Below, piece after piece: positions 39,730 to 49,002 of a stretch of DNA of 64,000 nt (its first letter is position 1; each line of letters starts with the position of its first letter). Location: the NCBI GenBank assembly GCA_030596605.1, contig JAUVJI010000004.1, positions 464 through 64,463 on the forward strand. Reading direction: 5' to 3'. The stretch comes from Bacteroidales bacterium. Lineage in GTDB: Bacteria; Bacteroidota; Bacteroidia; Bacteroidales; JAADJA01. The position numbers and the translations under genes are program-made. The notes under the pieces are model-generated. The model saw nothing but the letters and a program-made list of their open reading frames with translations, was not told the DNA's origin and ran no database searches.

Positions 39730-40686
39730 TTAGTTGAAAAGGCTATCAACAAATTCAGTGCGGTTAAAAATCTGGAGGTCCTCCATCTTCTCACCAATTC
39801 CAATATATTTAACAGGAACTTTAAATTGGTCAGAAATACCTATGACTACTCCTCCTTTGGCTGTACCATCCAATTTAGTAAGGGCAAGGGCATTTACCTC
39901 CGTTGCTGCTGTGAATTGACGTGCCTGTTCAATCGCATTCTGGCCGGTTGATGCATCCAGGATTAATAGTATTTCATGAGGGGCATCGGGAATCAACTTT
40001 TGCATCACCCGTTTTATCTTCGTCAATTCATTCATTAAATTCACTTTGTTATGTAATCTACCGGCAGTGTCAATAATTACAATATCATTTCCCTGCGCCA
40101 TGGCTGATTTAATGGTATCAAAAGCAACTGATGCAGGATCAGCATCCATTCCCTGTTCAACAATGGGAACACCTACCCGGTTGGCCCAAATTACCAACTG
40201 GTCAACCGCTGCAGCCCTGAATGTATCAGCAGCGCCAAGCAATACAGATTTACCGGCTTGTTTAAACTGATAAGCTAACTTTCCGATGGTTGTTGTTTTA
40301 CCAACACCATTTACACCGACTACTAAAATTACATAAGGATGTTTTTCGGACGGAGTTGAAAAATCAGTATTATCATCGGTAGTATTTTCAAGCAACAATG
40401 AAGCAATTTCTTCCTTTAGAATATTATTTAGTTCAGAAGTACCAAGATATTTATCTCGTGAAACACGTTCTTCAATCCGTTCAATTATTTTTAATGTTGT
40501 ATCAACTCCAACATCTGAAGTAACAAGGATCTCCTCCAGATCATCAAGAACTTCGTCATCCACTTTTGATTTTCCGGCAACAGCCCTGGAAATCTTTGAA
40601 AAAACACTATCCTTGGTTTTTGATAATCCTTTGTCAAGTTTTTCCTTCTTCTTTTCTTTAGAAAAGATGTTTAAGAAAGCCATCAT
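39730..40686 (-). CDS. ftsY: Signal recognition particle receptor FtsY
   Basis: SRP GTPase motifs: GVNGVGKTTTIGKLA, DTFRAAA, IDTAGR, TKLDGTAKGG. Confidence 0.92.
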   Translation of the reverse strand: MMAFLNIFSKEKKKEKLDKGLSKTKDSVFSKISRAVAGKSKVDDEVLDDLEEILVTSDVGVDTTLKIIERIEERVSRDKYLGTSELNNILKEEIASLLLENTTDDNTDFSTPSEKHPYVILVVGVNGVGKTTTIGKLAYQFKQAGKSVLLGAADTFRAAAVDQLVIWANRVGVPIVEQGMDADPASVAFDTIKSAMAQGNDIVIIDTAGRLHNKVNLMNELTKIKRVMQKLIPDAPHEILLILDASTGQNAIEQARQFTAATEVNALALTKLDGTAKGGVVIGISDQFKVPVKYIGIGEKMEDLQIFNRTEFVDSLFN

Positions 40687-40699
40687 TGTTATTTTTAAA

Positions 40700-40731
40700 C
40701 AAAAAAGCTCCTTCCTGCACAGGAAAAAGCT
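40700..40731 (-). terminator. Intrinsic terminator/attenuator between DUF4295 gene and ftsY
   Basis: On the minus strand GCTTTTTCC pairs with GGAAGGAGC (9 pairs, 2 G-U) around loop TGTGCA, followed by TTTTTTG. It ends about 15 nt before the ftsY start. Confidence 0.45.
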
Positions 40732-40759
40732 CCATTACTTTTTTATCTTTAAAAAAATA

Positions 40760-40912
40760 TTACTTTTTGGATAAATAATCTTTTACCTGTTCAACATGCA
40801 CTACATTTTCTTTAAATGTATAGGCGCCTGTTTTTGGTGATCTAACCATTTTTATCACCTTAGCGTAATTCTTACCTGCTGTTTGTAATGTAGCAACTAC
40901 TTTCTTAGCCAT
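40760..40912 (-). CDS. DUF4295-family small basic protein (not in the supplied ORF track)
   Basis: Hand translation gives MAKKVVATLQTAGKNYAKVIKMVRSPKTGAYTFKENVVHVEQVKDYLSKK*. This 50-aa protein is conserved immediately downstream of rpmG in Bacteroidota. Confidence 0.7.
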   Translation of the reverse strand: MAKKVVATLQTAGKNYAKVIKMVRSPKTGAYTFKENVVHVEQVKDYLSKK

Positions 40913-40920
40913 GATTCAAA

Positions 40921-41106
40921 TTATTTAATTTCTTTATGGATTGTCATCTTTTTCAAAATAGGATTGAATTTTTTTATTTCAAGCCTTTCAGGAGTATTTT
41001 TTTTGTTTTTTGTAGTAACATACCTGGACGTTCCGGGCATACCGCTGTTTTTATGCTCGGTGCACTCCAAAATTACCTGAACCCTTGCGTCTTTACTCTT
41101 TGCCAT
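40921..41106 (-). CDS. rpmG: 50S ribosomal protein L33
   Basis: [19 protein letters not shown]...[23 protein letters not shown] is a typical L33 sequence. 61 aa. Confidence 0.9.
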   Translation of the reverse strand: MAKSKDARVQVILECTEHKNSGMPGTSRYVTTKNKKNTPERLEIKKFNPILKKMTIHKEIK

Positions 41107-41214
41107 TTTCTTTTTCTTTTTTAAAATTAAACCTTCGCCTTACACTTGGAAAAAATATATCCTTCGCTAAACCTGCCTGTCTGCAGACAGGGCTTCGGAT
41201 ATTAAAACGGGGTG

Positions 41215-41222
41215 CAAAAGTA
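41215..41222 (-). promoter_or_regulatory. Candidate -7 promoter element (TACTTTTG on the minus strand) for the rpmG operon
   Basis: Fits TAnnTTTG and lies about 110 nt upstream of the rpmG ATG, ahead of a structured leader. No clear -33 box. Confidence 0.3.
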
Positions 41223-41281
41223 TTTCTTTAAATGTAAAAAACCTAATTATTCATAAAAAAAATTAACTTTGAAAAGTTAAT

Positions 41282-42205
41282 ATGAAATGGCAAAATTACA
41301 TAAATGGATTTAAGGAATATTTAAGACTTGAAAAAGCTTTATCTGCAAACTCCGTAGATGCATATATCCATGATATTGAAAAATTTGTTCAATTTCTTCA
41401 AACAACAAATAAGGAAATTTCACCCGACCAGGTAAAATTAAAAGACCTTAAAGATTTTTTACTCTGGATAAACTCATTTGGATTGTCGGCAAAAACCCAG
41501 GCCCGGATTATTTCCGGGATCAAAGCATTTTATAAATATTTAATTCTTGAAGATTTAATCCGGCAAAATCCTGCAGAATTATTGGAAAGCCCAAAAACAG
41601 GAAGAAAGCTTCCGGATACTTTAAGTCTTAAAGAAATCAATAAACTGATTGATACTATTGACCTGAGTAAACCGGAAGGAATCCGTAACAAAGCTATACT
41701 TGAAACTTTATATAGCTGTGGGCTGAGAGTTTCAGAATTGATTAATTTAAAAATTTCCAACTTATATTTTAATGATGGATTTATAAAGATAACAGGAAAG
41801 GGCGATAAGGAACGCCTTGTTCCAATTGGAAAAACTGCCATTAAGCATATCAAAATTTACTTAGAAACAATAAGAGCCTTTATGGATGTTAAGAAAGAGA
41901 GTTCAGACATCCTGTTCTTAAACAAACGAGGAAATAGGTTAACACGTGTAATGATTTTTATTATTACCAAAGACCTGGCGGAAAGAGCTGGTATAAATAA
42001 AACAATCAGCCCACATACTTTCCGACATTCATTTGCAACACATTTAATTGAAAGAGGAGCTGATTTAAGGGCAGTCCAGGAAATGTTAGGCCATGAATCC
42101 ATTACTACTACTGAGATTTATACCCATTTGGACAGGGAATATCTCAGGGCTTCCATTTTGCAATTTCATCCGAGGTCGGAGATAAATCTTAAGAAAAAAC
42201 TTTAA
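41282..42205 (+). CDS. xerD: Tyrosine site-specific recombinase XerD
   Basis: N-terminal SAM-like domain (YLRLEKALSANSVDAY..D...F). Catalytic residues are visible in ...GLRVSELINL..., HTFRHSFATHL, GHESITTTEIYTH. 307 aa. Confidence 0.85.
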   Translation: MKWQNYINGFKEYLRLEKALSANSVDAYIHDIEKFVQFLQTTNKEISPDQVKLKDLKDFLLWINSFGLSAKTQARIISGIKAFYKYLILEDLIRQNPAELLESPKTGRKLPDTLSLKEINKLIDTIDLSKPEGIRNKAILETLYSCGLRVSELINLKISNLYFNDGFIKITGKGDKERLVPIGKTAIKHIKIYLETIRAFMDVKKESSDILFLNKRGNRLTRVMIFIITKDLAERAGINKTISPHTFRHSFATHLIERGADLRAVQEMLGHESITTTEIYTHLDREYLRASILQFHPRSEINLKKKL

Positions 42206-42376
42206 CTCACCCCCTCCCGAAAGTTTTCGGAACTCTCTAAAAAAATTAGAGAGGAGTGAAACATTAATGAAAGCAAAAAAATAGTCAAAAACAATTTATT
42301 GAATAAAATTACTTACTAAATGGTATGATACCATATAGTATGGGTAAATACATCCGGTAATGCAACGGAATATATT

Positions 42377-42658
42377 TTGAAGGATTCGGTAAACGAATTG
42401 ATAGACCAGAATTCAATTTTATATCAACAAATTGTAAATGAGTTGAGCAACACGCAATTAAATTTTCTAATAGCACTTTCAAAAGGAGAAACCAACTTTA
42501 ACTCAATTGAGATGTTGCAAAAATATTCTCTCGGCACATCCGGTAATATAACTAAAATAAAAAAAGCCTTAATAAACAAAGAGATAATTGATATTGCAAA
42601 TAGGAGTATATTTTTTCTTGACCCCGCTTTCAGGCTTTGGATGTTGAAAATATTTTAA
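42377..42658 (+). pseudogene. C-terminal remnant of an AAA ATPase with a DUF234-type winged-helix tail
   Basis: Only about 93 codons are open. The sequence (...LSNTQLNFLIALSKGETNF.S....KYSLGTSGNI.K.KKALINKEIID......FLDPAFRLWM) matches the C-terminal DUF234 module of 'ATP-binding protein' genes of roughly 400-450 aa. The ATPase body is absent. Confidence 0.45.
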
Positions 42659-42755
42659 TGGAAATAAAAAAAGAGATGTTGTCTTGGTTCTTTTTCCGTT
42701 CACAGATTTAAGAGGAATAAAAAACCGGCCTACAGTAATTCTTATTGCAACTTGA
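42658..42755 (+). pseudogene. N-terminal remnant of a MazF/PemK-family toxin gene, frameshifted and truncated
   Basis: From 42675 the frame reads DVVLVLFPFTDLRGIKNRPTVILIAT*, the canonical MazF/PemK N-terminal strand. The ATG at 42658 (MEIKK) is out of frame by 1 nt across an A7 run (42666-42672). A stop follows after about 32 codons. Confidence 0.5.
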
Positions 42756-42910
42756 TTCATAATTCGAATATTTGATTCTTTCCAATAAAAGCCGGGCAGG
42801 ATTCTCCTACATATATAACAGAAAGCACGAGCTACAAACTCGTGCTAACAACGGAAATTACTCTGAGCAAACCCGATAGGATTGCTTCAAAATAAAGGTT
42901 ACGACTTTTT

Positions 42911-44308
42911 TTATTCTTTCACTATTTTGGTGGTAAATATTTTTTTATCCGTTTGAATGCTGATGATGTAAATTCCACTTCCAAAACCTGATAAATCAAT
43001 TGATTCATTTTGCTGCATTTCCTGTTTTTCAATTATTGTTTTTCCTGTCAAATCAGAAACTTTTATTTGTTGTCCCGTACGTACGGGATTGTTATCAGCA
43101 AATTCCAACTTTATTAGTCCATTTGTCGGGTTTGGAAAAATTATCAAATTATCTGTTTGATAAGTATTTGTATTTGTTGTTGGGTCGTATTCAAAACAGC
43201 CCATATCCGGAGCCTCGCCGATATACTCCAAACCTATATCAATTCCGGCATCAATGCAGGGTGATGTTTCCATAAGCCTGAAATCGAGATTACCCGCATT
43301 AACAAACTGTGGATTTTCGTTGATATTGTTACTGCCTGTTGCACCGCCTGGCATTGTCAGATTACAGTAGTTAATATCAGCCGATCCTCCCATATCTATA
43401 TAAATATCATCACTATATGCTCCGGGATTGTTATAAATTATGCTATTTACAAAACTTGCGCTTGCCCAAACAAGATTTACTGCTCCTCCATCACCTCCGG
43501 GAGCCGAATTACCAGACATGGTGCAATGTTTAAAAATTAAACTGTTATCAAAACCAAGTGTATGAATTGCACCACCACTTGAATAGCTTGTCGAATTCTC
43601 AGCAAACAGGCAATAGATTATTTTTGTATCAATTACGGAATAAAATGAAATTGCCCCACCGCCGTAGTTGCATGTGTTTTCAATAAATTCACAGCCTGTA
43701 ATTTCCGTATTCATATCCGAAGTAAATTTTATTGCTCCCCCTTCGCCATAAGCGTGATTTCTTAGGAATTTACAATTTGTGAATAAAGTAAGAGGTTCTG
43801 ATTGGCTACCCGTATTTATGGCATACACAGCACCACCCATTCCATCACTTTCGCCAGTGGCATCGTTATCAGCAAAAACACAGTTTGATATTACAGCATC
43901 GGATGTCAACAATGCTATACCGCCTCCATGATTATCAGGATAATTGCCTGCCGTTTTCCCGTATTCAATCCGGCAATATGATAAATTGCTTATACCGTCG
44001 GCACCGTCAAATCTTATTCCGCCCCAGCCGGTGGCCTGGTTTTCGGTTGTAAAGAAAACAGAGTCGGTTTCAATTCCCAATGCCTGCAGATTTCCCTGAA
44101 CGGTAAATTTATAATGCCCTTGAAAATTAACTTCAACGCCTGCCTCAATTGTTAAAGTTTGTCCGCCCGGGACTAATATTTCTCCGATAACCTGATAAGG
44201 AGAATTTGCGGCAGTCCATATTCCTGACTGATTCCCGCTTACCGGCGTTTGTGCAAATATACCTGTTGATATTGTGATTAAAATAATAAATGTAATTAAC
44301 TTCTTCAT
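42911..44308 (-). CDS. T9SS C-terminal-domain cargo protein with right-handed parallel beta-helix repeats
   Basis: Signal peptide present. Repeated GGAI/GGAV turns (GGGIAL, GGAVYA, GGAIKF, GGAISF, GGAIHT, GGAVNL). The CTD reads LIIFPNPTNGLIKLEF...SGIYIISIQTD...TKIVKE. Confidence 0.65.
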   Translation of the reverse strand: MKKLITFIILITISTGIFAQTPVSGNQSGIWTAANSPYQVIGEILVPGGQTLTIEAGVEVNFQGHYKFTVQGNLQALGIETDSVFFTTENQATGWGGIRFDGADGISNLSYCRIEYGKTAGNYPDNHGGGIALLTSDAVISNCVFADNDATGESDGMGGAVYAINTGSQSEPLTLFTNCKFLRNHAYGEGGAIKFTSDMNTEITGCEFIENTCNYGGGAISFYSVIDTKIIYCLFAENSTSYSSGGAIHTLGFDNSLIFKHCTMSGNSAPGGDGGAVNLVWASASFVNSIIYNNPGAYSDDIYIDMGGSADINYCNLTMPGGATGSNNINENPQFVNAGNLDFRLMETSPCIDAGIDIGLEYIGEAPDMGCFEYDPTTNTNTYQTDNLIIFPNPTNGLIKLEFADNNPVRTGQQIKVSDLTGKTIIEKQEMQQNESIDLSGFGSGIYIISIQTDKKIFTTKIVKE

Positions 44309-44426
44309 ATGTTTTAAAATTTAGAAATATGTTATGCCTGTTGAAATGGGATTTCGACAGGTTTAACTGTTTGCTACTTACAGTTTAATCATTCTTTTGG
44401 GCACCTCAATATAAAAATAATAAACA

Positions 44427-45233
44427 TCACTTAAATGGGGAATCAGCTTCTTTCGCCATGTGATTATAAACCATCTTGTCCATAAATTTCGGGAAAAACT
44501 TATTTAACAGCACAGTTAATTTTCCTTGTGTTGTAAGGGTTAATCTATCTTCCTTTTTCTCAACTGCATGGATTATTCTATTGGCAACCTCTTCGGCTGA
44601 CATCATTTTCTCTTCGTCACGAGGTGATTCACTCTGTTGTGAACCATCTGCAGCTAATGCCGTATTTCTAATATTGGAAGCAGTAAATCCCGGACATGCA
44701 GTTAAAACATGTAATCCTTTCTTCATGTTTTCAATCCTCAATACTTCGAGAAATCCATGCATGGCAAATTTTGAGGCTGAATAGCCCGTTCTACCGGGTA
44801 ATCCTTTATAGCCTGCAATCGATGAAACTCCTACAACAGAACCTTTCGATTTTAATAAATGTGGCAAAGCAAATTTGGTACAATATACTGTTCCCCAAAA
44901 ATTAATGTCCATCAATTTTTTTATAACCGATAACTCTGTATCCTCAAAAAGAGCCCGCATTGAAATACCCGCATTATTAATGAGTATATCAATTCTTCCA
45001 AATTTTTCAATTGTTTTTTCGATCAGGTTCTTACAATCTGATTCATTACTTACATCTGTTTTTACAACCAAAATATTTGAAGATGAGTTTGGGATATCTT
45101 TTGCAATTTGTTCAAGTTTTTCAATTCTTCTTGCTGCCATAACAACCAGGACATTTTTGGCAGCATAACTAAGCGCCAATGCCTTTCCTATACCTGAAGA
45201 TGCACCTGTGACGATAACTACTTTATTATTCAT
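44427..45233 (-). CDS. Short-chain dehydrogenase/reductase (SDR)
   Basis: TGASSGIGKALA cofactor motif, NNAG, and the catalytic YSASK motif. 268 aa. Confidence 0.85.
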   Translation of the reverse strand: MNNKVVIVTGASSGIGKALALSYAAKNVLVVMAARRIEKLEQIAKDIPNSSSNILVVKTDVSNESDCKNLIEKTIEKFGRIDILINNAGISMRALFEDTELSVIKKLMDINFWGTVYCTKFALPHLLKSKGSVVGVSSIAGYKGLPGRTGYSASKFAMHGFLEVLRIENMKKGLHVLTACPGFTASNIRNTALAADGSQQSESPRDEEKMMSAEEVANRIIHAVEKKEDRLTLTTQGKLTVLLNKFFPKFMDKMVYNHMAKEADSPFK

Positions 45234-45517
45234 TTAATACTATTTACTGATTATTCCAAAAACTTCAAAGTTATAAAATTCCGAATACCCTTAACACTTT
45301 ATTAAATATCTTTGAACAAGAATTTACTTTGTTGGCTTCGATACATTCACCTATCACTAATGAAGATTAAACTATGAACAGTAATTGCAGGGACAGGCAA
45401 GGCCAGAAACGAAACAGATATACTTGCATGTTGCGCAAAGAAAGATGATGGGGGGTGGCAAGTAAAAAAAATTATGATTTGATTTACAGATTTTATAAAT
45501 TTGTTAAAAAAAAGATT

Positions 45518-45775
45518 ATGCCTGAGATATCAAGATTTTATGGAATAATAATTTACATGTTTTTCCAAGATCATAATCCTCCTCATTTTCATGTTAAGTA
45601 CCAGGATTATGAAGCAATAATAAATATTGAAAATGGAATTGTAAAAGGTGAAATTCCAAGAAGAGCATTAAGGTTAATTTATGAATGGCTTGATTTATAT
45701 AAAGAGGAATTAATTGAAAATTGGAGACTATTAGAACAAAGAAAACCGTTCAATAAAATAGAACCATTAAAATAA
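45518..45775 (+). CDS. DUF4160-domain protein
   Basis: MPEISRFYGIIIYMFFQDHNPPHFHVKYQDYEAII... is the DUF4160 signature. I moved the start to the in-frame ATG at 45518; the track ORF starts at a GTG at 45455. Confidence 0.72.
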   Translation: MPEISRFYGIIIYMFFQDHNPPHFHVKYQDYEAIINIENGIVKGEIPRRALRLIYEWLDLYKEELIENWRLLEQRKPFNKIEPLK

Positions 45776-45782
45776 TTACATC

Positions 45783-46055
45783 ATGATATTAATAAAAGTA
45801 ATAGACGCAAAATATATTGAAGGATATAAAATCAAATTTAGATTTAATGACGGGAAAACTAAAACAATTGACTTCCAAGACCAGTTATGGGGTGAAATGT
45901 TCGATCCTTTAAAAAACAAAGATTATTTTAAAAAATTCAAATTAAACCCATTTTCAATTGAATGGGAAAATGGAGCAGATTTTGCCCCTGAATTTCTGTA
46001 TAATTTTGGAGAATCAAAGAAAAATAAAGCCACTACACCACATCAACAGGTATAG
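45783..46055 (+). CDS. DUF2442-domain protein
   Basis: I.V......Y.I.F.F.DG....IDF......GE.F.PL.....F..........IEW.NG.DF.PE.LY pattern. It lies 7 nt downstream of the DUF4160 gene. Confidence 0.72.
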   Translation: MILIKVIDAKYIEGYKIKFRFNDGKTKTIDFQDQLWGEMFDPLKNKDYFKKFKLNPFSIEWENGADFAPEFLYNFGESKKNKATTPHQQV

Positions 46056-46202
46056 CAATTAAATCCACTTTGTTTATCAAGACAAATAAACCTAAACATA
46101 ATAAATACAGGTAATCGAACAAATACTACAAAGAAACGGCTACATGCCAAACTTATAAACGTTATATAGCCTAAATAACAAATTTTTAATATTATAGATC
46201 CA

Positions 46203-47390
46203 ATGATAACCAACAGGGAATTATTTTTCAGGCACATGGGTTTACCTTCAAAAAATCCTTTGGGTATTGAAATCGATCATGCAAACGGAATATATATTTA
46301 TGATAATTCAGGCAAAGAATACATTGACCTGGTATCAGGTGTTGCAGTAAGCAATATTGGGCACCGGCATCCAAAAGTGATTAAAGCAATAAATCAACAG
46401 CTTGAAAAATATATGCACCTGATGGTTTATGGCGAATATATTCAGAGTCCGCAGGTAAGGTTGGCGAAAATACTGGTAGATAATTTACCTGATAATTTAG
46501 ATGCTGTATATTTTGTAAATTCCGGAAGTGAGGCAAATGAGGGAGCAATAAAACTGGCCAAAAGATATTCAGGCAGAACTGAAATTGTGGCATTTATAAA
46601 TGCTTATCATGGTGGAACTCATGGGGCATTGAGCGTATTGGGTAACGAAACTTTAAAATATGCTTTCCGACCACTATTACCGGATATTAGATTCTTGAAC
46701 TTCAACCGATTTGAAGATCTTTCACAAATTACTGAAAGGACATCATGTGTAGTTGCCGAATCCATCCAGGCTGAAGCCGGGATCATTCTTCCTGAAAATA
46801 ATTTTCTAACAGCGTTAAGAAAAAGATGTGATGAAACAGGCGCCCTGTTAATATTGGACGATATACAAATGGGATTTGGACGAACCGGTAAATTATTCAG
46901 TTTTGAAAACTTCAACTTTATTCCTGATATTATAACTATAGCCAAAGGAATGGGAGGGGGTATGCCCATAGGTGCTTTTATTTCTTCAAAAAAAATAATG
47001 GAATCCTTAACCAATAATCCTGAGTTGGGTCATATTACAACTTTTGGTGGTCATCCGGTTTGCTGTGCAGCTGCATTGGCAAATTTGCAGGTAATTCTGG
47101 AAGAGAAATTATCAGAAGAAGCAAATAAGAAAGGGAAGATTTTCAAAGAAGCATTATCTTCAAACAATAAAATTCAGGAAATCAGGCAGGTTGGATTGAT
47201 GCTTGGTATTGATCTTGAGAATAATGAATTAGCAAGCAAACTTGCGAATATCTTTGTTAAGAATGGATTAATTACAGATAGGTTCCTGTTCAGGCCAAAT
47301 GCATTTCGGATTGCTCCACCTTTAATAATTAATGAAGTTGAAATTGAAAAATCCATAAATCGAATATTAGAAAGCCTCGATCAATTATAA
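46203..47390 (+). CDS. Class-III (acetylornithine/GABA-type) PLP aminotransferase
   Basis: VSNIGHRHPKV, NSGSEANEGAIKLA, LILDDIQMGFGRTGKLF, and PLP-lysine in DIITIAKGMGGGMP. Confidence 0.85.
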   Translation: MITNRELFFRHMGLPSKNPLGIEIDHANGIYIYDNSGKEYIDLVSGVAVSNIGHRHPKVIKAINQQLEKYMHLMVYGEYIQSPQVRLAKILVDNLPDNLDAVYFVNSGSEANEGAIKLAKRYSGRTEIVAFINAYHGGTHGALSVLGNETLKYAFRPLLPDIRFLNFNRFEDLSQITERTSCVVAESIQAEAGIILPENNFLTALRKRCDETGALLILDDIQMGFGRTGKLFSFENFNFIPDIITIAKGMGGGMPIGAFISSKKIMESLTNNPELGHITTFGGHPVCCAAALANLQVILEEKLSEEANKKGKIFKEALSSNNKIQEIRQVGLMLGIDLENNELASKLANIFVKNGLITDRFLFRPNAFRIAPPLIINEVEIEKSINRILESLDQL

Positions 47391-47508
47391 AATTCGGCCA
47401 TATTGTCTCTATTTCTAAATAGATATTATGATTATCCGGCCACATTGTCCGAATAATTACAAAAATTTGTATTGGAACATGATTTGATCCCACCCTAACG
47501 AAAAATTG

Positions 47509-47524
47509 TCCCGCACGTGCGGGA
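47509..47524. promoter_or_regulatory. Perfect 16-bp GC-rich palindrome TCCCGCACGTGCGGGA upstream of hsp20
   Basis: Read directly from the sequence. It lies 31 nt upstream of the hsp20 ATG and 17 nt upstream of an AGGAGG motif (47542-47547). It could be an operator or a 5'-UTR hairpin. Confidence 0.3.
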
Positions 47525-47555
47525 TTAACAAATTTAAATATAGGAGGAACAAATT

Positions 47556-47987
47556 ATGTTACCAGTAATTAAAAAAAGAACTTATCATCCACATTATGCA
47601 AATGATTTTTTCGGAAGAGATTTATTATCATCATTTTTTAGCGATGGCGCTGACTACACAGTCCCTGCGGTGAATATTAAAGAAAATGACAAAAGCTTCG
47701 AAATAGAAGTTGCAGCTCCTGGAGTAAATAAGGATGACTTTAAAATTAATCTTGAGAAAAATGTCCTGACTGTTTCATCTGAAAAAGAAACAAAAAATGA
47801 AGTTGATCAGGATAATTTTATGAAGAGAGAGTTTGGATACAACTCATTCAGCAGATCATTTTCAATTCCTGAATCGGTAAATGCGGATAAAATCAAGGCT
47901 TCTCACAAAAATGGAGTTCTAATAATTCAATTACCAAAAATTGAAGAGGCCAAGTTGAAGAATAAAAAGGAAATTAAAATTTCGTAA
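47556..47987 (+). CDS. Small heat-shock protein (Hsp20 / alpha-crystallin family)
   Basis: Alpha-crystallin domain: PAVNIKENDKSFEIEVAAPGVNKDDFKI......L.VS...............RE...G.F.RSF.IPE.V....I.A...NGVL.I.LPK. Confidence 0.9.
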   Translation: MLPVIKKRTYHPHYANDFFGRDLLSSFFSDGADYTVPAVNIKENDKSFEIEVAAPGVNKDDFKINLEKNVLTVSSEKETKNEVDQDNFMKREFGYNSFSRSFSIPESVNADKIKASHKNGVLIIQLPKIEEAKLKNKKEIKIS

Positions 47988-47990
47988 CAA

Positions 47991-48030
47991 AAAGAAAACC
48001 CGATGATCAACTCATCGGGTTTTCTTTTTT
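47991..48030. terminator. Bidirectional Rho-independent terminator between hsp20 and mlaD
   Basis: Stem AGAAAACCCGATGA pairs with TCATCGGGTTTTCT. An A-run and a T-run flank it on either side. Confidence 0.7.
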
Positions 48031-48994
48031 AGAACACTGAGAATTTCAAATATTTTTTCGGATTCAGCCGTATATCCTCTATTAAGAGATTTAATTCTCT
48101 TGTGGTTTTTTCAAGCTTAATGTAAAGCGAATCATTATTTACCAACATACCAAGGCTCCCCTCACCTTTATTAATCTTTTCAGTTATACCGCCAATCTCA
48201 GACATCACTCTATTTACATTTGAGATTGTTTCGGCTATGTGTGCCTTAGCCAATGTATCACTAACAGCTGCCAGATTAGTGAAAATACTGTTCAAATTAT
48301 CTTCATTGGATTTTAGTGTGAGTGTGATGGATTCAATATTCAACAGGATTCTTTCAAGCCGTGTTTTTTGACCAGACATAATCGTGTCAAGAGTACTTGT
48401 TGTACTCTCCAGGTTTTCGAATGTATTTGCCAAATAGCCGACACTTCTTGAAATGTTCTCTGTATTGGTTGTCGAAAAAAGGTTATTCAGCATGGTGAGT
48501 ACTGTATCAATGGAGAGCATTAAATTTTCTGCTTTACTTTTTATCGGTTTAAGCTGCCTGCTTACCTCATCTTTAATGGATTCTTCAATTTCGGCTTGTA
48601 ATGTATCACCTGATTCAGCCAACTGAGATGATGTCCCCAAAATAATGTCAACCGCTTTTGATCCCAATATATCAGAACTGATAATTTTTGCTGTTGAGTT
48701 ATCGGGAATTGCAATTTTATTTCTGATGACAAGTTCAATAACTATGTCTGCATCGCCATCTCCGCTAAAAAACATATCCCTTACCTGCCCAACGATTAAC
48801 CCGTTTATTCTTACCGGATTGGCTTTTTGAAGGCCACCCACATCTTTATATACTGACAGGAATACCCGCTCTTTAGAAAAGATATCTTCGCCTTTTAAAA
48901 AATTGAGACCCCAGTACAGCAATGCTAAAGCGAGGGTAACTACAATTCCAATTTTAAATTCTTTCGATATTTTCAATGTTGGATATTTTAACAA
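48029..48994 (-). CDS. mlaD: MlaD/MCE-family protein
   Basis: N-terminal TM anchor, MCE domain (...V.GL...NPVRINGL.VGQV..), and a long helical C-terminus. Confidence 0.72.
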   Translation of the reverse strand: MLKYPTLKISKEFKIGIVVTLALALLYWGLNFLKGEDIFSKERVFLSVYKDVGGLQKANPVRINGLIVGQVRDMFFSGDGDADIVIELVIRNKIAIPDNSTAKIISSDILGSKAVDIILGTSSQLAESGDTLQAEIEESIKDEVSRQLKPIKSKAENLMLSIDTVLTMLNNLFSTTNTENISRSVGYLANTFENLESTTSTLDTIMSGQKTRLERILLNIESITLTLKSNEDNLNSIFTNLAAVSDTLAKAHIAETISNVNRVMSEIGGITEKINKGEGSLGMLVNNDSLYIKLEKTTRELNLLIEDIRLNPKKYLKFSVF

Positions 48995-49002
48995 AAATAA
49001 AA

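Noticed and set aside
41282-42205. Considered the tyrosine recombinase as an integrase marking a mobile element next to the gene remnants at 42.2-42.9 kb.
   Set aside because: Its length, N-terminal domain and motifs fit housekeeping XerD. It sits in a conserved rimO-ftsY-rpmG neighbourhood, and I found no att-like direct repeats.
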